This document shows positions 28,605 through 39,471 of a DNA stretch of 64,000 nucleotides, one piece after another. The translations under genes were made by a program, and so were the position numbers. The DNA lies in the NCBI GenBank assembly GCA_017964405.1, contig JAGCSA010000028.1, positions 2,282 through 66,281 of the forward strand, read 5' to 3'. The notes below the pieces were generated by a model. It saw only the letters and a program-made list of their open reading frames with translations, was not told the origin of the DNA and ran no database searches. This DNA is from Bacilli bacterium. GTDB lineage: Bacteria; Bacillota_I; Bacilli_A; RF39; UBA660. How positions within the stretch are numbered: the stretch's first letter is position 1; every line of letters begins with the position of its first letter.

Positions 28605-31025
28605 TTAAATATCATTCATATAATCAAGTAGTTTTAAGAATAATCCAATATATTCTTTCGATAACCCACTCTTCTTTAATTTACGAATACCAATTCTCTT
28701 CTTATCAACAGTAGCATCACTGAAGATAATACGAGCAATATCCTCTTTTAAATACGTCTCAATCTTAAGATCCATCAAGACACTATCTAATTCATCATTA
28801 ACCAAACGAATGGTATCAATTTCAATATCTTTTCCCTTACAATTAATCGTTAACTGACCAATCGTAGGAGCTCCTTTAATCTCAACAATAAAGTCATTTC
28901 CATCAACATAGTTTTGACTCTCTAATTTTTCATTATTAAAGTAGACAATTACATCATCTGCATGTTTCGTATTCCGGAATACCATCTTATAATTACGTCT
29001 TTCAGGAGCAATACCACTCTTACCATCAATCGAACGAATAATAACCGTATAATTATCTCTCATGTAGTTATAATCGATAGATGTCTTTAAGAAATAACCT
29101 TCACGGTATAGAGCAGTCACACCATCATCTTCATACAAAGTATATGTATTACTGACTCCAGGGAAGATTTGAATCTCTAAATCCGTAGGAAGACCTATAT
29201 TATTGTAGTCACTTCTGTTGGAAATAGGAATAATACTTCCAGCATGTGCAAATACAGGATAATCATCCTCTTTAAAGAAAGATACATATTTCTTATTACC
29301 AGGGAACTTCTTACCAGTAACCCAGTCATACCAAACACCATCTGGTACAAAGAATTTATGAATGGAACGGTTCATGACAGGATCCTTTGGTTCCAAAATA
29401 GGACAAACCAATAATTGAGAACCAAAATAATACTGATTACGATAATTATCATCATCATAAACCCACATATAGTTATAATAGAAAGGCTGAATTAATGGTA
29501 CACCAGATTTGGTATAATTATAAGCCTCTGTATAAATATAAGGAATTAATCGGTGTCTTAATCGTAAATAGTTAGCTGCAATACTAAAGGTTTTAGCATC
29601 CCATACCCATGGTTCCTTCTTATAATATCTTCCACGAGCACCATGGAATCTTAAAATAGGACCAAATGTACTTAATTGAACATAACGCAGATATAATTCA
29701 CCATCTTCAATACCACCATGGTTACCACCGACATCATGACTCCACCAAGAAACACCAATGTTCGCAGCATTCAAATACATAAATGGTAAAGATTTTAAAG
29801 CCTTCCAACTAATTTCAGAAGATCCACCATATAAAACAGGATAACGGTGAGGAGCAAATACACCACCTCTACCTAAAATCATTGCTCTTTCATTACTATT
29901 TCTTCCAGAGTCTAGATACATATAGTGATTCAAAGCCCATAATTGAGTAACATCCATATTACCAGTAGAATCATTCCAGAAGAAGTCCACTCCTTGTGCT
30001 TCCAAAGGGTGCAAGAACATCTTAAATAAAACATCGATATGTTTTGGATTTAATGGATCAAAAGGAATCACACTATTATCCGTAACCCCTAAATATTGAC
30101 TAGCTTGTGGATAATACATTTCATGAGGATAAATCCCACCCGTAGGATTAACAACAACTCCTACACGAATACCACGTCTATGGAATTCTTGAATCATCGC
30201 TTTTGGATCTTGAATAAAGTCATGATTAAATGTATAACCAACTTTTAACTTCTTCTCTGTTTCCGTATTACGTATATGCCAATCATGATCAAATAACATA
30301 ACAGAAATAGGAATCGTTTCCCTTTCAAAATGACGAATTAAATTATGTAAACTCTCATCTGTATAAATCGTATTACGGCTCCACCAGTTACCAAGAGCAT
30401 ATCTTGGAATCATAGCAGGAGCACCTGTCATCTTAAAGTAATCGAATAAAGTCTGTCTAAAGTCACGATCATACATGAATACATACATATCAAAATGGTT
30501 AGGAAGAACATCTCCCATCGTACCATCTTCTTCAATGACTTTACTATAACTATCATCGATAGAAGCAAATCCATCGATCGAATATAATCCTTTTTGTAAA
30601 TTCTGTGGAATATTAACATCAACACTAACCATATTACCGAGTAAATTTCTAGCTTCTGGATGTCCTACATACCAATCTTTTCTACGATCACGATCACGAG
30701 ATAACAACGTAATCTTCAATGTTTTCATAGGATCAACCTTTGTTCCAACAAAAGGTTGTTCCTTAATATAACTTAAAGAAAAATATTTTGTAGTAACTTC
30801 CAATACATTGGCATCTTGACGTACAGAAAAATCTGGTAGTCCGATATTTCTTCTTCTTACCAGTTGTGTTGGTTTATCTAAAAATTGTCCATTGGGTGAA
30901 TATTCAAGTCTTACGATACGCTCGCTAATCACAGATATACGAAAGCGTGCCCCTTGGACAATGGCTTTCTTATCACTCTTTGCTTTTGAATAATCAACTT
31001 CAAATTGCCTTCCAAGTGGATACAT
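28605..31025 (-). CDS. Large glycoside hydrolase (GH31-like alpha-glycosidase)
   Basis: 806-aa cytoplasmic protein with TIM-barrel glycosidase-like central region; exact family uncertain. Confidence 0.4.
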   Translation of the reverse strand: MYPLGRQFEVDYSKAKSDKKAIVQGARFRISVISERIVRLEYSPNGQFLDKPTQLVRRRNIGLPDFSVRQDANVLEVTTKYFSLSYIKEQPFVGTKVDPMKTLKITLLSRDRDRRKDWYVGHPEARNLLGNMVSVDVNIPQNLQKGLYSIDGFASIDDSYSKVIEEDGTMGDVLPNHFDMYVFMYDRDFRQTLFDYFKMTGAPAMIPRYALGNWWSRNTIYTDESLHNLIRHFERETIPISVMLFDHDWHIRNTETEKKLKVGYTFNHDFIQDPKAMIQEFHRRGIRVGVVVNPTGGIYPHEMYYPQASQYLGVTDNSVIPFDPLNPKHIDVLFKMFLHPLEAQGVDFFWNDSTGNMDVTQLWALNHYMYLDSGRNSNERAMILGRGGVFAPHRYPVLYGGSSEISWKALKSLPFMYLNAANIGVSWWSHDVGGNHGGIEDGELYLRYVQLSTFGPILRFHGARGRYYKKEPWVWDAKTFSIAANYLRLRHRLIPYIYTEAYNYTKSGVPLIQPFYYNYMWVYDDDNYRNQYYFGSQLLVCPILEPKDPVMNRSIHKFFVPDGVWYDWVTGKKFPGNKKYVSFFKEDDYPVFAHAGSIIPISNRSDYNNIGLPTDLEIQIFPGVSNTYTLYEDDGVTALYREGYFLKTSIDYNYMRDNYTVIIRSIDGKSGIAPERRNYKMVFRNTKHADDVIVYFNNEKLESQNYVDGNDFIVEIKGAPTIGQLTINCKGKDIEIDTIRLVNDELDSVLMDLKIETYLKEDIARIIFSDATVDKKRIGIRKLKKSGLSKEYIGLFLKLLDYMNDI

Positions 31026-31111
31026 ATACCAAACACCTTCTTATTATTCTAATAACATAATATCATAATTAAAAAAAATAGCCAAGCAAAATGACTATTT
31101 TTTATAGGACT

Positions 31112-31837
31112 TTATTCTTTAAATTCCAGAGTACTATTAATCTTATCAATAACAGGAAGAGCCTCTTCCCAATTACCCTTTGTCATAATCTCAATAATAC
31201 CCATGGTAGTATATTTATCATTTCCTTTTGTTAAATATAAAATCTTCTTCGTATTATTGACTTTAATCTCATAAATTAAGAATAATCTCGAATTAACGGT
31301 CTTATCTCCAGAAGATAAAATCTCATACTTATTATTCGCAAGATCATTTTCTAGTAAAGTACGATCATCTACAAAAGCATCAAAATTATCAACGGTATTC
31401 TGATAAGAGAACGTATAGTTCACATTATCGGATACATATAAAGTTGTATCTTGTACCGTTGAAGTTAAATTACCCGGTACCGTAACTTTAAAGTTCTCAA
31501 TCGTTAATACTTTATCAGCTGCCTGTACATCTACTGGATTTGGATTCTTAGCTTGTTGGTTATTACGGACAACTGCTACGATAATAACAATAATCGAACC
31601 AATCATGACAATCAGTAATCCAGCATAGATCAAATAATCTGCTAACGTTAAATTTAATCTTCTCTTTTTTCTCCTAGAACTACCCTCTCTTAGAGTAATG
31701 GGTTTATAATCTGTGGACAATTCCCCAGATTCATCATCGAATTCTTCATCTTCGTCGTCATCCTCTAGATAACTTCCACACTCTAAACAATATTTAATTC
31801 CAGGTTTTAGATCAGCACCACAGTTTTTACAAACCAT
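31112..31837 (-). CDS. Zinc-ribbon domain membrane protein
   Basis: N-terminal CKNCG...CLECG ribbon, acidic linker, single TM, extracellular domain. Confidence 0.5.
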   Translation of the reverse strand: MVCKNCGADLKPGIKYCLECGSYLEDDDEDEEFDDESGELSTDYKPITLREGSSRRKKRRLNLTLADYLIYAGLLIVMIGSIIVIIVAVVRNNQQAKNPNPVDVQAADKVLTIENFKVTVPGNLTSTVQDTTLYVSDNVNYTFSYQNTVDNFDAFVDDRTLLENDLANNKYEILSSGDKTVNSRLFLIYEIKVNNTKKILYLTKGNDKYTTMGIIEIMTKGNWEEALPVIDKINSTLEFKE

Positions 31838-31848
31838 ACTATCACCCT

Positions 31849-32988
31849 CTATTTATTTAAAAATACAACACTATACTCCTCCAAAGACATATTATTATGT
31901 TCATATAAGTATTGTGCAATATCTTTCCCTACATAACGATAATGCCAAGGTTCCTTTCGAAATCCTGTCAAATCCTCATATCTCTCATCATATCTCATGA
32001 CAAATCCATAAAGATGAGCATTTTCAAGCATCCATCCATATTCTTTAGAACTAGCAAATGTACGAGAACTACGACTTCCAATATCAAAAGCAAGTCCCGT
32101 TTGATGTTCAGAATATCCTGGTCTTGCCACATACTTATCAACATATTCTTGTCCATAAGCATTTCGATAGAAATCAATTAATTCTACTTGATCTTGATAA
32201 CTACGATAAGCAGAATTAATCACTATTCCATATCCAGCAGCCTCTGCAGCACGACTCATCTCAATAAAAGCATTTAAAGCAAGTCTACTACATTCTAAAT
32301 CATCTTCTGATGCATATTCCGTACTAATAGATGTTAAATCATTGGGAACAAAATCTTCTGATAAATGATGATGTTTATTAACAAGCATATCCAAAGAAAA
32401 ATCAGGTACAGGAGTAGAATACTCATAATCTGGTTGATCCAAATCAAGATTAACCGCAATAACTGTCTCTATCTCATCTTCTCCTGTCTCATCAGAATAG
32501 GAAACATATCGATCATAATTTTCTAATTTCGCATAATCAATCGAAAAGAACTCTTCTAAATAATGAACCTTTTCTCTTTTAGAGAATTCTTTGACAGATT
32601 CTTCTGTTCCATGTTGAAAGATAATATTAATATCATTGTTACTATAACCTACTTTTAGTAAACGATTAATATTCTCAATAAAATGATTCTGCTCTACATA
32701 TTTTATTTTAGCATAATTATCCAAATATTGTTCCTTAAAATATTCACTTTCAAATGCTAAATTTAAGGTTTTATTCTCACCAATAGACATTACTTTCTCT
32801 TTATAACCAGAGAAAAGAATGGTATTACTAGCTTGTTCACTATAACCAAGCTTGGTAAGATCCGATATTTGAATACGATAAAAAATGAATATACCAAGAA
32901 CAAGACATAAGATGAATCCAACTATTTTTAAAACCGTCGCAAAAACAGGCTTCACATGAACACTCTTTATCTTTCTCAAGCATACCAC
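31849..32988 (-). CDS. M15B D-Ala-D-Ala carboxypeptidase (VanY-like), membrane-anchored
   Basis: SAYRSYQDQ and SEHQTGLAFD (SxHxxGxAxD) zinc-binding motifs. Confidence 0.7.
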   Translation of the reverse strand: MVCLRKIKSVHVKPVFATVLKIVGFILCLVLGIFIFYRIQISDLTKLGYSEQASNTILFSGYKEKVMSIGENKTLNLAFESEYFKEQYLDNYAKIKYVEQNHFIENINRLLKVGYSNNDINIIFQHGTEESVKEFSKREKVHYLEEFFSIDYAKLENYDRYVSYSDETGEDEIETVIAVNLDLDQPDYEYSTPVPDFSLDMLVNKHHHLSEDFVPNDLTSISTEYASEDDLECSRLALNAFIEMSRAAEAAGYGIVINSAYRSYQDQVELIDFYRNAYGQEYVDKYVARPGYSEHQTGLAFDIGSRSSRTFASSKEYGWMLENAHLYGFVMRYDERYEDLTGFRKEPWHYRYVGKDIAQYLYEHNNMSLEEYSVVFLNK

Positions 32989-33068
32989 CTAGTATAATAA
33001 TACCACAGTTCATTGTAAAAAACTACACTTTGTGATAGAATACAGTATGATTTGACAAGGAGATAACT

Positions 33069-33995
33069 ATGTTTCAATACTCAAATACAAATAAACGATA
33101 TCATACATTAGACTATTTCTATAAAGAAAAGTTCCATGAAAAAGTATTTAAAATTAGTTTAAATGCCGGTTTTACATGCCCTAATATAGATGGAACCGTA
33201 GGTCATGGAGGCTGTATCTACTGTTCGAATACAGGAAGTGGAGAATTTGGAGGAAAGAAAGAAGAACCTATTCTAAAACAATTTCAATCCATCAAAGAAA
33301 TGATGTTACAGAAATGGTCTAAAGGAAAATACATCGGTTATTTTCAAGCTCATACAAATACCTATGCTCCGGTAGAAGAATTAAAAAAAGTATATGAACC
33401 GATCCTACAACAAAAAGATGTAATAGGACTCAGTATCGCAACAAGACCAGACTCTATATCAGAAGAATGTTTAGACTATTTAGAAGAATTAAACAAAAGA
33501 ACTTATCTAACAGTAGAATTAGGTCTTCAAACAATCAATGAAAAAACATCAAAATTGATTAATCGTTGTCATACAGTAGAATGTTTAGAAAACATGGTAA
33601 AAAATTTGAGAAAAAGAAAGATCAATGTAGTCATTCATATTATCAATGGTCTTCCCTATGAAACAAAAGAAGATATGATTCGTACCGTTCAATTTATCAA
33701 TCAATTAGATATTCAAGGAATTAAAATACACATGTTAAGTATTCTAAAAAATACCCCTCTAGAAAAACTCTATCAAAAAGAACACTTCCATGTATTATCA
33801 AAAGAAGAATATATTGATATTGTTGTAACTCAATTAGAATATTTAAGACCGGAAATTGTCATTCATAGAATTACAGGAGATCCTGATCCCAAAGAATTAA
33901 TAGAACCAACTTGGTTAATCAAAAAATTTGGAGTCTTAAATGATATTGACAAAGAAATGGTAAAAAGAGATACCTATCAAGGAAAAAAAGTATAA
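33069..33995 (+). CDS. Radical SAM protein, TIGR01212/YtqA family
   Basis: CPNIDG...CIYC cysteine cluster. Confidence 0.8.
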   Translation: MFQYSNTNKRYHTLDYFYKEKFHEKVFKISLNAGFTCPNIDGTVGHGGCIYCSNTGSGEFGGKKEEPILKQFQSIKEMMLQKWSKGKYIGYFQAHTNTYAPVEELKKVYEPILQQKDVIGLSIATRPDSISEECLDYLEELNKRTYLTVELGLQTINEKTSKLINRCHTVECLENMVKNLRKRKINVVIHIINGLPYETKEDMIRTVQFINQLDIQGIKIHMLSILKNTPLEKLYQKEHFHVLSKEEYIDIVVTQLEYLRPEIVIHRITGDPDPKELIEPTWLIKKFGVLNDIDKEMVKRDTYQGKKV

Positions 33996-34069
33996 ATTAA
34001 TGAATCTATGATAAAATGTTAGTATAGGTGAGAGTTATGATATTAGAAATACAATGCAGTAGTGTAGAA

Positions 34070-35329
34070 ATGAACAGTATTATGTATATTGTAAAAAGTA
34101 TAATGACGACTTTAATGATAATTGCTCCTATATTAGCCATTATATCTCTTTCAATCCTACTAGTCAGAAAAGTAATGAAACCGGATGAAGAAAAATCAAC
34201 TAAGAAGATTAAAAATGTTTTTTTAGCACTCGCAATCTTATTCTTTATCCCAACAATCATGAATGTATTAATGTATGTATTAGGAGATTCTACCGATATT
34301 AGTAGTTGTTATACAACAGCTCAAAAAATAGATCCGAATAGTAATTATATTCCAATTGAAGACGAAAAAAATAATGCCATTGTTAATGCAGATGATTTCT
34401 ATGATGGATATCCACATCAATTAGATTTTTCTTGTAAAAGTAAAGAAATACAAGCAAACTTCTCTTGTGAAACCATCTACATTGTAGAAAGACATTATAA
34501 AGAATTTAATTATTACACCAAACAGCAAGTCATCGCAGGATATGGAGGATTTGATCATTGGATCAAGGCATTAAGAGGATACTTTGAAGAATACTATATG
34601 AAAGATCCAAAAGAAGTAACAAAAGCAAAAGACTTTCAAAAAATATCCGAATATGTATTTGGTTTAATGTATATTCATGGATTTGATTATTATAATGGAA
34701 CAACAATGGATAACTTTGATGATGGAACGAAATATTGTAAATGGGGCGGAAAATGTATCTATCTAAAAGATATTGCAGAAGCGAAAAGAATTGCCGCTGA
34801 AAAAGGAGAAGAACCAAAAATCGATTATCCTGTTGGTTCTGAAGATGCTTTCTATCCAGGAACCATGATCTATGGAGATAACGGTTCTATGAATGGAAAA
34901 AGATTTGATCAAGGAATCTCTGGAATGAACATGACGACCAACTGTAATAATTCAGTCGATATGGTCTACTATAAAGCAAAAATACTAGGAACAAAAGAAA
35001 GACCTTATTCTTCTGCAGACTATATGGCACAAGCAAGAGACTCTAAAAACAAAATTGTAACGAGTTTCAGTGATGCACAAATTGGAGATATCATTCATTT
35101 CTTTGAAGTACCAGTCGATCCCGGAAATCCATCTACATGGCAAGGATGGGGACATGTTGCCTATATCGGAGAAATAGATTACGAAAAAGGAATCATCACT
35201 GCTTATGATGGAGGAAGCTACTTCACCAGTAATCGAAATCATAAATGGACCTTCAGTAGAAATAATACGACATCTTCCCTATTTGGATTCGAAGGATGGG
35301 CTATTATTCATCTAGTAGATTTAAAATAA
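34070..35329 (+). CDS. Membrane-anchored protein with possible papain-fold (CHAP/NlpC-like) C-terminal domain
   Basis: Two N-terminal TM helices; C-terminal Cys (TTNCNNSVD) and His (GWGHVAYIGE) with hydrolase-like spacing; start codon uncertain. Confidence 0.35.
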   Translation: MNSIMYIVKSIMTTLMIIAPILAIISLSILLVRKVMKPDEEKSTKKIKNVFLALAILFFIPTIMNVLMYVLGDSTDISSCYTTAQKIDPNSNYIPIEDEKNNAIVNADDFYDGYPHQLDFSCKSKEIQANFSCETIYIVERHYKEFNYYTKQQVIAGYGGFDHWIKALRGYFEEYYMKDPKEVTKAKDFQKISEYVFGLMYIHGFDYYNGTTMDNFDDGTKYCKWGGKCIYLKDIAEAKRIAAEKGEEPKIDYPVGSEDAFYPGTMIYGDNGSMNGKRFDQGISGMNMTTNCNNSVDMVYYKAKILGTKERPYSSADYMAQARDSKNKIVTSFSDAQIGDIIHFFEVPVDPGNPSTWQGWGHVAYIGEIDYEKGIITAYDGGSYFTSNRNHKWTFSRNNTTSSLFGFEGWAIIHLVDLK

Positions 35330-35353
35330 AAAGAGGTTTAACCTCTTTTTTTA
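35329..35353 (+). terminator. Rho-independent terminator
   Basis: aaagaggtt-taa-cctcttt hairpin plus T7. Confidence 0.6.
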
Positions 35354-35430
35354 TGTTTAAAAAACAGAAAATCCCACTATATGTAAACAACGCGTCAATC
35401 AAGTGTCATTTTTTATGAAAAAATGTCAAT

Positions 35431-35464
35431 TTGACTAAAATATACACTGATCATGGTATATAAT
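35431..35464 (+). promoter_or_regulatory. Putative sigma-A promoter with extended -10 upstream of 35488 ORF
   Basis: TTGACT ... TGgTATATAAT; spacer longer than optimal if TTGACT is the -35. Confidence 0.35.
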
Positions 35465-35487
35465 AAAAGTAAGATAGGAGTGGGACT

Positions 35488-36231
35488 ATGAAATTGAATA
35501 GTAGAGAAACACAAATTCTTTCAATTGTTATAGCCGCATGGGGACTGTTTTTTGTAGGAAGTGGAACCTTCATGAGCCAAAGCAAAAAAACAATGACAAA
35601 AAACACCTACACAATTGATGTATCCGCAAAACAAATATCACAAGTACAAGCAAAGAAAAACGAAGTGATATTAAAGGATCTTACAGTTGAGGAAGGAAAA
35701 CCAATTAGTGCAAACGTTAAAGATTATTTAGAAAATCCTGATCAAATAACAGATACCATGTTAAATCTTTTATCCAAAGGATTAGATACATCTGCTGTTA
35801 ATGTGAATCAACCAGGAACATACACTTATTCTATTACATGCAAAAAGAAGATTTACCAAGCAAAAATCAATGTAGTCGCAAAAGTATTACCAAAAGTAAA
35901 TATTACATTAAAAGAAAAGAATATGCCTACAACAGGTACCATTTCAAGAAATATAAGAGACTATGTTTATGAAGAAATAACAGATGAAGTATATTACAAT
36001 ATGATTCTAGATTTAAAAGAAGTAATTGCTCATCAAAATATACCTGGAAGATATAAATATTCGATTACTTATAATGATGTTACCTATTATGGAGACTTCA
36101 TTATCCATGAACCAGTAGAAACAGCAAATACCAATATTGTATGTCCTACAGGAGCAACACAAGATCCTAATAATAATACTTGTATCTGCCAAGTAGGAAA
36201 CTACAATCCTGAAACAAAAGAATGTGAATAA
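35488..36231 (+). CDS. Exported/membrane-anchored protein with Cys-rich C-terminus
   Basis: N-terminal hydrophobic anchor; C-terminal CPTGATQDPNNNTCICQVGNYNPETKECE. Confidence 0.4.
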   Translation: MKLNSRETQILSIVIAAWGLFFVGSGTFMSQSKKTMTKNTYTIDVSAKQISQVQAKKNEVILKDLTVEEGKPISANVKDYLENPDQITDTMLNLLSKGLDTSAVNVNQPGTYTYSITCKKKIYQAKINVVAKVLPKVNITLKEKNMPTTGTISRNIRDYVYEEITDEVYYNMILDLKEVIAHQNIPGRYKYSITYNDVTYYGDFIIHEPVETANTNIVCPTGATQDPNNNTCICQVGNYNPETKECE

Positions 36232-36233
36232 TA

Positions 36234-36262
36234 AAAAGAATGCAAATGCATTCTTTTTTTTA
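36234..36262. terminator. Bidirectional terminator between convergent genes
   Basis: aagaatgca-aa-tgcattctt hairpin flanked by A-run and T-run. Confidence 0.6.
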
Positions 36263-37882
36263 ACTTAAATTAACAATATTACCATCAATAACATCAATAA
36301 GTTCCGCATTAGGCTTTCTAGATAATCCAGGCATGGTCATAATATCTCCCAATAGAACCGTAATGATACCAGCTCCATTATATAATTGAACATCTCGAAC
36401 CGTAACTTCAAAGTCTTTCGGAACACCTAATTTCTTAGGATCATCGGATAAAGAGTACTGAGTCTTTGCTATACAAATAGGAAGATCTGCTAAACCATTC
36501 TTCTTAATATCTTCAATCTTCTCTTTCGCTAATTTACTGAAATGAATTGTTTTCGCTCCATAGATTGTCTTACAGATCTTACGAACTTTACTTTCAATCG
36601 GACTATCTAATTTATATAATACCTTAAACTTACTCTTAGGAGCCTCTAAGATCTTATTTGCTAAATCAATAGCACCTTTTCCACCATCTGCATAAGCACT
36701 GGATACGGTGAAAGTATAACCCATCTTTTCTGCATGTTTCCGAACAAGTTCAATTTCCTCGTCTGTATCCGTATTAAACTTATTCAAACATACAACAACA
36801 TTCACACCATATCTCTTTAAGTTTTCATAATGCTTATCTAGATTGGCAAATCCTTTTTCTAATGCTTCATTATTCTTTTCAAATACTTGATCTTTTGGAA
36901 CACCACCATGATATTTCATCGCTTTAATCGTAGCAACCAAAACAACAGCATGAGGCTTTAATCCTCCTAGTCTACATTTAATATCCAAGAATTTTTCAGC
37001 CCCCAAATCGGCACCGAATCCAGCCTCTGTTACCACATAATCTGCATAACTCATAGCTGTCTTTGTCGCAATAATACTATTACATCCATGGGCAATATTC
37101 GCAAAAGGTCCTCCATGAATCAATGTAGGAGTATTTTCTAATGTTTGAACTAAGTTAGGCATCATCGCATCTTTTAATAAAGCAACTAAAGATCCTTCAA
37201 TATGTAAGTCTCTTACATAAACATATTCACCCTTACTATTCGTACCTACAATGATATTGCCAAGTTTTTCTCTTAAATCATCTAAAGAAGTTGCTAAACA
37301 GAATAATGCCATAACTTCACAAGCAGAAGTAATAGTAAAACTATCATGACGAGTACCAAGATCGACATCTCTTAAAGCACGATCATTTACATCTAAACAT
37401 CTTTTAAATAAAACATGTTGAATATCTAAACTATTTCCAAAATAAATATGATTATCAATAGCGGCACTAATTAAATTATTGGCAGAAGTAATCGCATGAA
37501 AGTCACCCGTAAAATGAAGATTAATATCTTCCATAGGAACCACTTGAGAATATCCTCCACCAGTAGCTCCACCCTTCATACCAAATACAGGTCCCATAGA
37601 AGGTTCACGTAAGGCAATAATAATCTTCTTTCCTAAAGCATTTAAAGCATCTCCTAATCCAATACTAACCGTTGTTTTACCCTCACCCATAGGAGTAGGA
37701 CTAATCGCAGTAACTAAGATTAATTTAGCCTGTTTTTTACGAGTTCCAATATGTTTAATTTTAGCTTTATAGTTTCCATATAACTCCAAATCATTCTTCT
37801 TTAATCCTATCTTTTTTCCAATATCAATAATAGATTTTTTATTACTATTTCTAGATATTTCTATATCTGTCATTTTTATCAC
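36260..37882 (-). CDS. fhs: Formate--tetrahydrofolate ligase
   Basis: PTPMGEGKTT P-loop; 540 aa. Confidence 0.9.
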   Translation of the reverse strand: MIKMTDIEISRNSNKKSIIDIGKKIGLKKNDLELYGNYKAKIKHIGTRKKQAKLILVTAISPTPMGEGKTTVSIGLGDALNALGKKIIIALREPSMGPVFGMKGGATGGGYSQVVPMEDINLHFTGDFHAITSANNLISAAIDNHIYFGNSLDIQHVLFKRCLDVNDRALRDVDLGTRHDSFTITSACEVMALFCLATSLDDLREKLGNIIVGTNSKGEYVYVRDLHIEGSLVALLKDAMMPNLVQTLENTPTLIHGGPFANIAHGCNSIIATKTAMSYADYVVTEAGFGADLGAEKFLDIKCRLGGLKPHAVVLVATIKAMKYHGGVPKDQVFEKNNEALEKGFANLDKHYENLKRYGVNVVVCLNKFNTDTDEEIELVRKHAEKMGYTFTVSSAYADGGKGAIDLANKILEAPKSKFKVLYKLDSPIESKVRKICKTIYGAKTIHFSKLAKEKIEDIKKNGLADLPICIAKTQYSLSDDPKKLGVPKDFEVTVRDVQLYNGAGIITVLLGDIMTMPGLSRKPNAELIDVIDGNIVNLS

Positions 37883-38067
37883 CTCAAAAAATATTATAAC
37901 ATAGTAATCTTTTTTTTCTAAGGAAAAAAAGCCCTAAAAATAGTTTTTTTCTATAAGGATTTTTAATAATTCAAATCCAATTCTTCCCACATATCATAAA
38001 ACCACGATTTGAAAGAAAAAAGTCTTTTCTATATAATCATTTCCGTTAAGAAAAAAGGAGGAATCAT

Positions 38068-39471
38068 ATGAAAAAAAAGATCATTTTCTTAATCACACTA
38101 TTGACAATTATCTTAGTAGGAAAGACAGTCCATGCAGAAGAATATACATTCTATGAAGCAGAATATCTAGATAAAATGTATATGAACAAGTATGAGTATG
38201 CAACAAACACTATCTATTATCAGAGAGCAAGACTCTTTCGAAATAGTCAAACGAAAGAAATTGCATATTGTATGGAACCATTACGGTTCTTCCAAGAAGG
38301 AAGTATCTATACGAGAACCAATGCTCCTAGTACTCTATCAGAAGAAAAGCTAAATCGAATCAAAAAGATTGCTTACTTCGGATGGAGATATAAAGATCAT
38401 TATGATGCATCCTGGTATGCTGTCGCACAAATGATGATTTGGAGAGAATCGAGTTCTGATATTGGAGACTACTACTTCACAGATACCTTAAATGGTCAAA
38501 GAACAAATGCTTTTGATTATCAAATGGATGAAATCAATCAATTAATCGAATCTTATGATCGAGAAATTCCAGTCGAGAATCAAACCATTACTCTAGTGGA
38601 AGGAATGACAAAAGAAATATCGATAGGAGATACTCTCGATTTTTATACAACTGATAATTCAGAAGTCACATTAGAAAATGGAGTAATCAAAATTCATCCA
38701 TTAGAAGAAGGAGAATACACGATTACCCTTCATAGAATCCAAGAAATCGTACATGGAATGCCTATGGAGATTTATGAATCAGAAACGAGTCAAAATATGA
38801 TTCAAAGAGGAGATTTAGATCCTAAAGAAGTCTCTTTTAAAATAAAAGTCATCCAAAACCATATAGAGATTCATAAAACAGATGAAGAAACAGATACTCC
38901 CCAGGGAGATGCTAGTCTAGATGGAGCTCTATTCGAATTATACGATGAAGAAGGAAATCTATATGATACGATTGAAATCATCCAGCAAACTGGAATTCTT
39001 ACTAGTATCCCATTCGGAACTTATACATTAAAAGAAGTGTCTCCAGGAATCGGATATGAATTAAACAAACAAGAATATACATTTACTCTTTCAGAAGAAA
39101 ATCCAAACTATGAAACAACCATCTCCAACAAGGTAATCAAAAAGAAAATCATCCTTGAAAAAACCTATGGAGAAGAAAACAAACCAGAAGAAAAAATAGA
39201 TTTTCAAATCTGGAAACAAGAAGAATTACTAGATACCATTACAACCGATGAAGAAGGAAAAGCAGAAATCATTCTACCCTATGGGATCTATATCATCAAA
39301 CAAGCCAATACAACAGAAGGATATGCTTTATTAGAACCATTCACCATCATCATAGAGAACTCTGAAGAAGAAATAATTTCCTTACATGACTTCAAAATAC
39401 CAGTACCAGATACATCATCTATCAGTATTCTTCAATATATTCTTCATACAATTGTGATGATTCTATGTTAA
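38068..39471 (+). CDS. Surface adhesin: thioester domain + two CnaB/prealbumin-fold domains + non-canonical sorting signal
   Basis: Signal peptide; AYCMEP thioester-type Cys motif; two FELYDEEGNL...GTYTLKEV / KAEIILPYGIYIIKQ CnaB-like units; C-terminal IPVPDTSS + hydrophobic tail. Confidence 0.55.
   Translation: MKKKIIFLITLLTIILVGKTVHAEEYTFYEAEYLDKMYMNKYEYATNTIYYQRARLFRNSQTKEIAYCMEPLRFFQEGSIYTRTNAPSTLSEEKLNRIKKIAYFGWRYKDHYDASWYAVAQMMIWRESSSDIGDYYFTDTLNGQRTNAFDYQMDEINQLIESYDREIPVENQTITLVEGMTKEISIGDTLDFYTTDNSEVTLENGVIKIHPLEEGEYTITLHRIQEIVHGMPMEIYESETSQNMIQRGDLDPKEVSFKIKVIQNHIEIHKTDEETDTPQGDASLDGALFELYDEEGNLYDTIEIIQQTGILTSIPFGTYTLKEVSPGIGYELNKQEYTFTLSEENPNYETTISNKVIKKKIILEKTYGEENKPEEKIDFQIWKQEELLDTITTDEEGKAEIILPYGIYIIKQANTTEGYALLEPFTIIIENSEEEIISLHDFKIPVPDTSSISILQYILHTIVMILC

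Noticed and set aside
31849-32988. VanY-like gene as part of a vancomycin-resistance cluster
   Set aside because: No vanR/S/H/A/X genes are adjacent, so it is a stand-alone M15 carboxypeptidase.
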